Positions 54,974 through 62,700 of a DNA stretch of 64,000 nucleotides are shown here, one piece after another. Below the pieces are notes generated by a model, which did not search any database, was not told where the DNA came from, and saw only the letters and a list, made by a program, of their open reading frames with translations. The stretch is from the NCBI GenBank assembly GCA_017450925.1, contig JAFSSS010000081.1, positions 18,090 to 82,089 on the forward strand. The letters run 5' to 3'. Position numbers and translations under genes: made by a program. The stretch comes from Ruminococcus sp. GTDB lineage: Bacteria > Bacillota > Clostridia > Oscillospirales > Ruminococcaceae. Every line of letters starts with the position of its first letter. The stretch's first letter is position 1.

Positions 54974-57583
54974 ATGGCAGAGATCAAGGCCACAGGCATC
55001 GTTGACAGCGTCGAGGCGCTGGAAGAAAAGCTCAGGCAGGTAAAGGAAGCGCAGAGAATATTTTCCACCTATACTCAAGAGCAGGTGGATAGGATCTTCA
55101 AGGCTGCAGCGATAGCTGCAAATATGGCGCGTATCCCGCTGGCTAAATTGGCAGTTGAGGAGACAGGCATGGGCGTTGTTGAGGACAAGGTCATCAAGAA
55201 CAATTTCGCCGCCGAGTACATCTATAACAAGTATAAGAATACCCAGACCTGCGGTATCGTCGAGGAAAACAAGTCCTACGGCACCAAGAAGGTTCTGGAG
55301 CCTATCGGCGTAGTTGCCGCTGTTATTCCTACCACCAACCCCACATCCACCGCGATATTCAAAACGATGCTCTGTCTCAAGACCAGAAACGGCATAATCA
55401 TCAGCCCCCACCCGAGAGCGAAGAAAAGCACTATCGAGGCTGCCCGAATCGTCTATGAAGCAGCCGTAAAGGCAGGCGCTCCCGAGCATATCATCGGCTG
55501 GATAGATGCCCCCTCGCTGGAAATGACCAACCTTGTCATGAAGGAGGCAGATATAATCCTCGCCACCGGCGGCCCCGGAATGGTGAAGAGCGCCTATTCC
55601 AGCGGCAAGCCTGCTATCGGCGTGGGCGCAGGAAATACTCCCGCCATCATCGACGAGACTGCCGACATCAAGCTTGCAGTCAACTCTATCATCCATTCCA
55701 AGACCTTTGATAACGGCATGATATGCGCCTCCGAGCAGTCGGTCATTATCGAGAAGAGCGTGTATGAAGCCGCAAAGGCCGAGTTTATTGCCCGCGGCTG
55801 CCACGTCTGCACCCCCGAGGAATGCGATAAGGTAAGACATACGATAATCATCAACGGCGCACTTAACGCGAAGATCGTCGGTCAGTCAGCTTATAAGATC
55901 GCCCAGCTTGCAGGCTTTGAGGTGCCGACATCTACCAAGATCCTTATCGGAGAGGTGGAAAGAGTCGATCTCGATGAGGAGTTCGCTCACGAAAAGCTCT
56001 CGCCTGTTTTGGCTATGTATAAGGCCGACAGCTTCGAGGACGCTATGGAAAAGGCCGACAGGCTTATACAGGACGGCGGCTTCGGCCACACCTCGTCCCT
56101 CTATGTGGACGCTGTGACCCAGACCGACAAGATCGACCGCTTCGCAGAGAAGATGAAGACCTGCCGTATCCTTGTTAATACACCCTCCTCCCACGGCGGC
56201 ATCGGCGACCTTTACAACTTCAACCTTACTCCGTCCCTTACACTGGGCTGCGGTTCGTGGGGCGGAAACTCTGTTTCCGAAAACGTGGGTGTAAAGCACC
56301 TGCTTAATGTCAAAACAGTTGCCGAGAGGAGAGAGAATATGCTTTGGTTCAGAGCGCCGGAAAAGGTCTATTTCAAGAGAGGATGTCTGCCTGTTGCACT
56401 GGAGGAGCTTAAAAACGTCCTCGGCAAAAAGCGTGCATTCATCGTTACAGACAGCTTCCTGTTCAAGAACGGCTTTACCAAGCCGGTCACCGACAAGCTG
56501 GATGAGCTGGGCATCGTTCACGAGACCTTCTCGGATGTAGCCCCCGATCCCTCGCTTTCCTGCGCTATGGAGGGCGTTCAGCTGCTTAGGAATTTTGAGC
56601 CCGATACTATCATCGCTATCGGCGGCGGCTCTGCAATGGACGCAGCCAAGATCATGTGGGTGATGTACGAGCATCCCGAGGCTGATTTCTATGACATGGC
56701 GATGCGCTTTATCGACATCAGAAAGAGAGTATATACCTTCCCGAAAATGGGCGAAAAGGCATATATGATCTGTGTTCCGACTTCATCGGGAACAGGCTCC
56801 GAGGTAACTCCGTTCGCTGTCATCACTGATGACAAGACAGGTCATAAATATCCTCTTGCCGACTATGAGCTGATGCCTAACATGGCTATCATAGATGCCG
56901 ATCTGATGATGAGCGCTCCCAAGGGCCTCACCGCCGCCTCCGGCCTCGACTGCATGGTACACGACCTTGAGGCTCTGGCCTCTGTCATGGCTACCGATTT
57001 CACTGACGGCATAGCGCTCCAGTCGCTGAAGCAGACCTTTGACAATCTTCCCGAATGTGTCGAGCATGGCCAGACCGCCTACAGAGCAAGAGAGAATATG
57101 GCTCACGCCGCAACAATGGCCGGCATGGCATTTGCCAACGCATTCCTCGGCATCGGCCACTCGCTGGCTCACAAGCTGGGCGCTTATCACCACCTGCCCC
57201 ACGGCATCTGCTGCGCCCTCGTTATCACCGAGGTCATGAAGTTCAATGCCGATCCCGCTCCTGCCAAAATGGGCACCTTCCCACAGTATGAATATCCCAA
57301 CACGCTGGCAAAGTACGCCCAGACCGCACGCTATCTCGGCATTACAGGCAAGGACGATAAGGAGTGCTTCGACAAACTCTGCGATAAGGTGGAGGAGCTC
57401 AAGGAAACTGTTGGCTGCAAGAAAACGATCGCAGATTACGGCGTTTCTGAGGAGGACTTCCTCGCAACTCTCGACAAGATGTCCGAGGATGCCTTCGACG
57501 ATCAGTGTACCGGCGCAAATCCCCGCTATCCCCTCATCGAGGAGCTTAAAGAGATCTACAAAAAGTGCTATTACGGAAAGTAA
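54974..57583 (+). CDS. adhE: Bifunctional acetaldehyde-CoA/alcohol dehydrogenase
   Basis: PTTNPTST, ATGGPGMV, FDNGMICASEQ, TLGCGSWGGNS, GGGSAMDAAK, GTGSEVT. Confidence 0.97.
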   Translation: MAEIKATGIVDSVEALEEKLRQVKEAQRIFSTYTQEQVDRIFKAAAIAANMARIPLAKLAVEETGMGVVEDKVIKNNFAAEYIYNKYKNTQTCGIVEENKSYGTKKVLEPIGVVAAVIPTTNPTSTAIFKTMLCLKTRNGIIISPHPRAKKSTIEAARIVYEAAVKAGAPEHIIGWIDAPSLEMTNLVMKEADIILATGGPGMVKSAYSSGKPAIGVGAGNTPAIIDETADIKLAVNSIIHSKTFDNGMICASEQSVIIEKSVYEAAKAEFIARGCHVCTPEECDKVRHTIIINGALNAKIVGQSAYKIAQLAGFEVPTSTKILIGEVERVDLDEEFAHEKLSPVLAMYKADSFEDAMEKADRLIQDGGFGHTSSLYVDAVTQTDKIDRFAEKMKTCRILVNTPSSHGGIGDLYNFNLTPSLTLGCGSWGGNSVSENVGVKHLLNVKTVAERRENMLWFRAPEKVYFKRGCLPVALEELKNVLGKKRAFIVTDSFLFKNGFTKPVTDKLDELGIVHETFSDVAPDPSLSCAMEGVQLLRNFEPDTIIAIGGGSAMDAAKIMWVMYEHPEADFYDMAMRFIDIRKRVYTFPKMGEKAYMICVPTSSGTGSEVTPFAVITDDKTGHKYPLADYELMPNMAIIDADLMMSAPKGLTAASGLDCMVHDLEALASVMATDFTDGIALQSLKQTFDNLPECVEHGQTAYRARENMAHAATMAGMAFANAFLGIGHSLAHKLGAYHHLPHGICCALVITEVMKFNADPAPAKMGTFPQYEYPNTLAKYAQTARYLGITGKDDKECFDKLCDKVEELKETVGCKKTIADYGVSEEDFLATLDKMSEDAFDDQCTGANPRYPLIEELKEIYKKCYYGK

Positions 57584-57593
57584 GCAAAATAAT

Positions 57594-57628
57594 ACCGCCG
57601 ATGTCTTTTCCGACATCGGCGGTTTTTT
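57594..57628. terminator. Terminator between adhE and azlD
   Basis: ACCGCCGATGTC/GACATCGGCGGT followed by a T run. Confidence 0.85.
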
Positions 57629-57631
57629 CAG

Positions 57632-57949
57632 CTATTTTATCCACCCTATGATAAGCTCTGCAATAAACGCCGCTCCGCTGGCGGTAAGCGCCACTATAAG
57701 CAGAGATCGTCCGAAGAAGGTCAGTATGAACGCCGCCGCCAGTCCCACTGACGCGGAGATGACATTTCCCGTGGCATAGAATACCGCCGGTATCGTCATA
57801 GCTCCGAGAACCGCATAAGGCACATAATAAAGGAAGCTCTGCATGAACTGCGACTTTATCTTCCGGCGAAAGACCATAAGCGGCAGCATCCTTACAAGAT
57901 ATGTCACCCCAGCCATTACGGCAATGTAGAGGAGCAGTCTTGTGTTCAT
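57632..57949 (-). CDS. azlD: AzlD branched-chain amino acid exporter, small subunit
   Basis: MAGVTYLVRMLP, FLYYVPYAVL; overlaps azlC. Confidence 0.88.
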   Translation of the reverse strand: MNTRLLLYIAVMAGVTYLVRMLPLMVFRRKIKSQFMQSFLYYVPYAVLGAMTIPAVFYATGNVISASVGLAAAFILTFFGRSLLIVALTASGAAFIAELIIGWIK

Positions 57950-58671
57950 CCCTCACCGCCCCCTTTCTCCTGCCTGACAGGGAAGAGCAGCGCTCCGAGG
58001 GCAGCTGCGATTACTGTGCAGATAATGATGATGAAGCCGTCGGATATGAAATCGAACACGGGTATGTATTTCAGACAGCAGCTTGCCGTCACTGCTATGA
58101 CAACGACTACCAGAACTCCCACGGCCTTTCTTGCCGCAGGGACAAAGATAGCCACGAACATTCCGTATATCGCAATGCCGAGAGCCGCCTTCAGCTTTTC
58201 GGGAAGTATCTCTCCGGCCGCCGCTCCGAGGAATGTGCCGAGCGCCCAGCCGACCCAGGGAAGCGAGATCAGTCCCGCCATATAGTGCTTTGAGACCTCT
58301 CCCGAGCGTCCCGAGGCCACGGCGAATATCTCGTCTGTGATACCGAAGGATACCGCCAGCCTCGACAGGGGAGTGAATTTCCCGTCCAGCTTCTGCGAGA
58401 GCGAAAGGCTCATCAGCGAATAACGCAGGTTGATAACGAACTGCGCAACAGCCATTTCGATCATTCCGCCGTTTGAAGCGATGACAGTAAGCCCTGCCAC
58501 CTGCCCGGCAGAGGTGAGATTTGTCATTGAGATAAGCACGGCTGCGAAGATCGACAGCCCGTTTGAGACAGCCATTATCCCGAATCCGAAGGATACCGAA
58601 AGATACCCCAGCGCTATGGGAATGCCGTCCTTTATGCCGCCTAAGAATTCGCGGCGAGGTCCGGTTGACAT
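57946..58671 (-). CDS. azlC: AzlC-family permease
   Basis: PIALGY, SAGQ, INLRY.LMS, FGITDEIFA. Confidence 0.9.
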   Translation of the reverse strand: MSTGPRREFLGGIKDGIPIALGYLSVSFGFGIMAVSNGLSIFAAVLISMTNLTSAGQVAGLTVIASNGGMIEMAVAQFVINLRYSLMSLSLSQKLDGKFTPLSRLAVSFGITDEIFAVASGRSGEVSKHYMAGLISLPWVGWALGTFLGAAAGEILPEKLKAALGIAIYGMFVAIFVPAARKAVGVLVVVVIAVTASCCLKYIPVFDFISDGFIIIICTVIAAALGALLFPVRQEKGGGEG

Positions 58672-58785
58672 TGTTTCTCTCCTTTGATGCATATTTTTGG
58701 TACAAGACCGCATACTAATAAAGTATAGCACATCACATAATAAAAATCAAGAAGTTTTTTACTGTGAAATGTAACCGTTTCTTAA

Positions 58786-58814
58786 TTGACTTGATGAAAT
58801 AAATGTTGTATAAT
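58786..58814 (+). promoter_or_regulatory. Sigma-A promoter of the SH3 gene
   Basis: TTGACT-N17-TATAAT. Confidence 0.65.
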
Positions 58815-58878
58815 AAATTTGAACGTCGAATTATGCACAGATAAATATAAATGTAATTCGTGTGAAAGGAGTTTACTG

Positions 58879-59427
58879 ATGAGTACCAAGAAAAGAAGAC
58901 CTGCCCCTCACCCCCGTCATGAGGTCGTGGAGGAAGACGCCAAGGTTGCTGTCAGCTCTAATATCAAAGGCATTATTGCCATTATGATAACCGCTCTTGT
59001 TGTAATTATCGTAGTTATGCTTTTTGCAAAGAGCCTTTTCGTTTCTACCGAAACACAGGAAAAGCAGACCGGCAGGCTTACTACCCCCCCGAATTACACT
59101 ACAGTTGCCACAACTACTACCGAAACGGTCACAACCACTAAGAAGAAGAAAACCACTAAAGCTACCAGCGATACCGAGGATCCCTATAAGGATAATATGC
59201 TCAACGCCGGTGCTACAGATATGTCCTGTACTGGTGCGGTCTGGCTGCATCCCGAGCCCAATTCCAAGACCGCTAATCTTGCTCTTATCCCCGCAGGCGC
59301 TAACGTCAAGGCCTATGCCGTTGTCAACGGAAACTGGATATATGTTGATTACAACGGACAAAAGGGCTATGCTTACGGTGACTATTTCAGCGGAACAAGA
59401 CCCACCGCTACCTCTGTTCCCTCGTGA
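58879..59427 (+). CDS. Single-pass membrane protein with a Thr-rich linker and a C-terminal SH3b domain
   Basis: TM, then WLHPEP...IPAG..V......GNWIYVDYNGQKGYAYGDYF. Confidence 0.82.
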   Translation: MSTKKRRPAPHPRHEVVEEDAKVAVSSNIKGIIAIMITALVVIIVVMLFAKSLFVSTETQEKQTGRLTTPPNYTTVATTTTETVTTTKKKKTTKATSDTEDPYKDNMLNAGATDMSCTGAVWLHPEPNSKTANLALIPAGANVKAYAVVNGNWIYVDYNGQKGYAYGDYFSGTRPTATSVPS

Positions 59428-59449
59428 GGGCTTACAGTCATTGATGAAC

Positions 59450-59483
59450 GGCACTTCTGCTTTCTTCGGCAGAAGTGCTTTTT
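59450..59483 (+). terminator. Intrinsic terminator
   Basis: GCACTTCTGC/GCAGAAGTGC followed by T5. Confidence 0.8.
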
Positions 59484-59656
59484 GGTGGATAGAACAGGGC
59501 TTTTGTTAAGATTATCATTGCAAGTAACAAAAAATTAACTGTTTTGCCTGCGATTTTGTTTGACAAATCCCTGTCCCTGTGCTATAATTTATGTGTTGTT
59601 AAACGCACTTTAAAGCATTAAAACTTAAAAGTGAAAAAGAGAAAGGAACTGATAGT

Positions 59657-60631
59657 ATGAAAGAAATATCCAAGCTGCTTGATTACCGTCCCGATATAAA
59701 GGTGGTAGATGCCACCTTGAGAGACGGCGGACTGGTCAACGATTTCTTCTTTTCCGATGAATTCGTAAAGGCACTTTATACAGCAAACCTCCGCTCCGGC
59801 GTTGATTATATGGAGTTCGGCTATAAGGCAGACAGAGAGCTTTTCGACGAGGAGAAGTTCGGCAAATGCAAGTTCTGTGACGATGACTACATCCGCTCTA
59901 TCGTGGGCGAGAACAATACCGATCTGAAGATCGCGGTCATGGCTGATGTGGGCAGATGCAACTATAAGGAGGATATCCACGACAGATCGGAGTGCCCTAT
60001 CGACCTTATCCGTGTTGCTACCTATCTGCATACTATCCCTACCGCCGTTCATATGATCGAGGATGCCAAGAAAAAGGGCTACGAGGTAAGCTGCAATATC
60101 ATGGCTATCTCCAACACCCAGGAGGGTGACCTTCGTGCAGCCCTTGACATTTTGGGACGTTCCCCGGTGGATGTTATCTACATCGTTGACAGCTTCGGCG
60201 CTCTCTATCCCGAGCAGATACAGCGTCTTGTAAGCATCTTTGAGGAGTTCTCCACCAAGTACAGCAAAAAGCTGGGCATTCACGCTCACAATAACCAGCA
60301 GCTTGCCTTTGCCAACACTATCGAGGCTGTCGGCGACGGAGTTGACTGGCTGGACGCTACCTACAGCTCAATGGGCAGAGGCGCAGGCAACTGCGCTATG
60401 GAAATGCTCCTTAGCTTCTTGAAAAACCCGAAATACAACGTTTTCCCGATCATCAAGTTCATCGAGCAGTATATGAACCCCTTGAAGGAGCAGGGCGTTG
60501 TATGGGGCTATGACCTCCAGTACCTGATGACAGGCATCCTTAACCGCCACCCGAGAAGCGCTATCGCTTTCACCAATGAAAAGCGCAAGGATTATGCCGA
60601 GTTCTACAAGGAGATAATCGCCCTCGACTGA
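59657..60631 (+). CDS. DRE-TIM metallolyase, 4-hydroxy-2-oxovalerate aldolase-like
   Basis: DATLRDGG, YIVDSFG, HAHNN, MGRGAGN. Confidence 0.82.
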   Translation: MKEISKLLDYRPDIKVVDATLRDGGLVNDFFFSDEFVKALYTANLRSGVDYMEFGYKADRELFDEEKFGKCKFCDDDYIRSIVGENNTDLKIAVMADVGRCNYKEDIHDRSECPIDLIRVATYLHTIPTAVHMIEDAKKKGYEVSCNIMAISNTQEGDLRAALDILGRSPVDVIYIVDSFGALYPEQIQRLVSIFEEFSTKYSKKLGIHAHNNQQLAFANTIEAVGDGVDWLDATYSSMGRGAGNCAMEMLLSFLKNPKYNVFPIIKFIEQYMNPLKEQGVVWGYDLQYLMTGILNRHPRSAIAFTNEKRKDYAEFYKEIIALD

Positions 60632-60642
60632 TAAAAATATTC

Positions 60643-60679
60643 AAGCCGCAGCTTTCACGACAGAAAGCTGCGGCTTTTT
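60643..60679. terminator. Terminator between convergent genes
   Basis: AAGCCGCAGCTTTC/GAAAGCTGCGGCTT followed by a T run. Confidence 0.85.
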
Positions 60680-60694
60680 GCTGTATGGGAATTA

Positions 60695-62491
60695 TCAGAA
60701 GAGGCTCTCCATTTCCTTGATAAGCTCTCCGAACATTTTCAAAGCGTCGGCTACGGGCTTTTCGGTAGCCATATCCACGCCTGCACCCCTAAGCAGGGTT
60801 ATGGGGTCGGCCGAGCAGCCACCGGAAAGGAAGCCGAGGTAATCCTTTACAGCGCTCTCTCCTTCCTTCAGTATTCGCTGCGACAGGGCGATAGCCGCCG
60901 AATAGCCGGTAGCGTACTGATATACATAATAGTCATAGTAGAAGTGAGGTATTCGCGCCCATTCAAGGTCGATCTCGTCGTCGATAACGATGCCCTCGCC
61001 AAAGTAGAGCTTATTCAGCTCGCGGTAGATGCCGTTCAGCACCTCTGCGGTCAGTGTTTCGCTCTCGGCTGACAGCTCGTTTATCTTCAGCTCAAACTCC
61101 GCGAACATGGTCTGTCTGTAAAGAGTGGTTCTGAACTGCTCCAGAAAATAGTTTATCAGATAAGCCTTTTCACGCTTGTCTGTGGTGTTTTTAAGCAGAT
61201 ACTGCATCAGCAGAGACTCGTTGCAGGTGGAGGCCACCTCTGCCACGAAGATGACGTAATCGGAATACACCACCGGCTGATTTTTGTTTGAAAGATATGA
61301 GTGTATCGCATGACCCATTTCATGCGCCAGCGTGAACATACAGTTCAGCGTATCCTTGTGGTTCAGCAGTACATAAGGGTGAACTCTTGCGCCCGCCGAA
61401 TATGCCCCCGAGGTCTTGCCCTCGTTTTCGTAAACATCTATCCAGCGTTCGCTGAAGCCCTTGCGTATAAGCGAGAGGTATTCCTCGCCCATAGGCGCCA
61501 GCGCCTTGAGTACGGTCTCCTTTGCCTCTTCAAAGCTGATCTTCATGTCCAGATCGGACACGATAGGCGTGTAGAGATCGTAGAAATGCAGCTCGTCAAC
61601 TCCCATGAGCTTTTTGCGCAGAGCCACATAGTCATACATATAACCCATGTTCTCGTGAACAGCCTTGATCAGATTGTGATAGACCTCTACCGGCACTTCA
61701 TTTGCTGAAAGCGCCGCCTCCAGCGAGGAGCCGTATCTCCGCGCCTTTGAGTAGAACTGCACTGCCTTTACCTGCGCGTTAAGGGTGGATGCACAGGTGT
61801 TCTTGAACTTGTCATAGGTGTGATACATGGATTCAAAGGCTGACCTGCGCAGGGCTCTGTCCGAGGACTGTACCAGCGGGATGTAAGACCCGTGTGTCAC
61901 TTGATGCGCCGCACCGTCCTTGTCAACTGCATCCGGGAATTTCAGATCGGCATCAGAAAACATATTGAAAATGTTCTCCGGCGACTGTGACATCTCTCCC
62001 GCCAGCGCCAGTATCCGTTCCTCGGCCTCTGACAGAACGTGATCCTTTTTAAGCCTAATCCTGTCAATAGCCCGTTTGTAGAGCCTCAAGTCCTCACATT
62101 CTGAATAGAACCTTTCAAGCGTTTCTTCGGGAATGGATATGGTCTCCGGCGTCTCAAAGCTGCCTGCGGCATTAAGCTCCACATATGCATTCATAAGCTG
62201 CCCCACCATTCCTTGGTAGAGGGTATTAGCGGTGTCCTCGTCAGAACGCCGCTGTGCATAGTTCCCGAGACTGTCCGCCAGCACGGATATCTCGTCCGAA
62301 AGCTTGAGAAAGCCAAGCAGGGTTTCAGCACCTTCCGCCAGCCTGCCCTTGTAGGATGCAACCTTTTCGGGAAGCTTCTGCATCTTGGCAAGATCAGCCC
62401 TCCACGCATCGTCGGAAGCATAAATGTCCTCGATTGCCCACTTGTATTCCTCCGGCACCTCGGATCTCTTAGGTATTCTTTCTTCGCTCAT
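60695..62491 (-). CDS. pepF: Oligoendopeptidase F (M3B)
   Basis: R.EVPEEYKW, WIDVYENEGK.SGAYS, HEMGH, AEVAST, WARIPHFY. Confidence 0.96.
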   Translation of the reverse strand: MSEERIPKRSEVPEEYKWAIEDIYASDDAWRADLAKMQKLPEKVASYKGRLAEGAETLLGFLKLSDEISVLADSLGNYAQRRSDEDTANTLYQGMVGQLMNAYVELNAAGSFETPETISIPEETLERFYSECEDLRLYKRAIDRIRLKKDHVLSEAEERILALAGEMSQSPENIFNMFSDADLKFPDAVDKDGAAHQVTHGSYIPLVQSSDRALRRSAFESMYHTYDKFKNTCASTLNAQVKAVQFYSKARRYGSSLEAALSANEVPVEVYHNLIKAVHENMGYMYDYVALRKKLMGVDELHFYDLYTPIVSDLDMKISFEEAKETVLKALAPMGEEYLSLIRKGFSERWIDVYENEGKTSGAYSAGARVHPYVLLNHKDTLNCMFTLAHEMGHAIHSYLSNKNQPVVYSDYVIFVAEVASTCNESLLMQYLLKNTTDKREKAYLINYFLEQFRTTLYRQTMFAEFELKINELSAESETLTAEVLNGIYRELNKLYFGEGIVIDDEIDLEWARIPHFYYDYYVYQYATGYSAAIALSQRILKEGESAVKDYLGFLSGGCSADPITLLRGAGVDMATEKPVADALKMFGELIKEMESLF

Positions 62492-62566
62492 AATTGACCT
62501 CCTTGAAATATGTTGTCATAAGTATTATATCACAAACAGAAATGGATTTCAAGCTTTGGCAGCGTC

Positions 62567-62595
62567 TTGACAAAAAGCCCTGTGTGTGGTATCAT
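62567..62595 (+). promoter_or_regulatory. Sigma-A promoter of the edge gene
   Basis: TTGACA-N17-TATCAT with TG extension; predicted start site ~62602. Confidence 0.75.
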
Positions 62596-62609
62596 GTTAT
62601 TAAACACCC

Positions 62610-62700
62610 GGGGGACGGCACCCATAACAAAAAACAGGCAGGATGTTAAAAACCAAATACAGTATCGCTGCGAGGGGGAGGACACCCATGGAAAAAAACA
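62610..62700 (+). repeat. Two 27-nt direct repeats, each a GGG-loop-CCC hairpin; the second spans the RBS and start codon
   Basis: GGGGGACGGCACCCATAACAAAAAACA (62610-62636) vs GGGGGAGGACACCCATGGAAAAAAACA (62674-62700), 22/27 identical. Confidence 0.75.

Noticed and set aside
62610-62700. Mini CRISPR array (27-nt repeats, 37-nt gap)
   Set aside because: Only two imperfect copies, the second overlapping an RBS and start codon; no cas genes in the window
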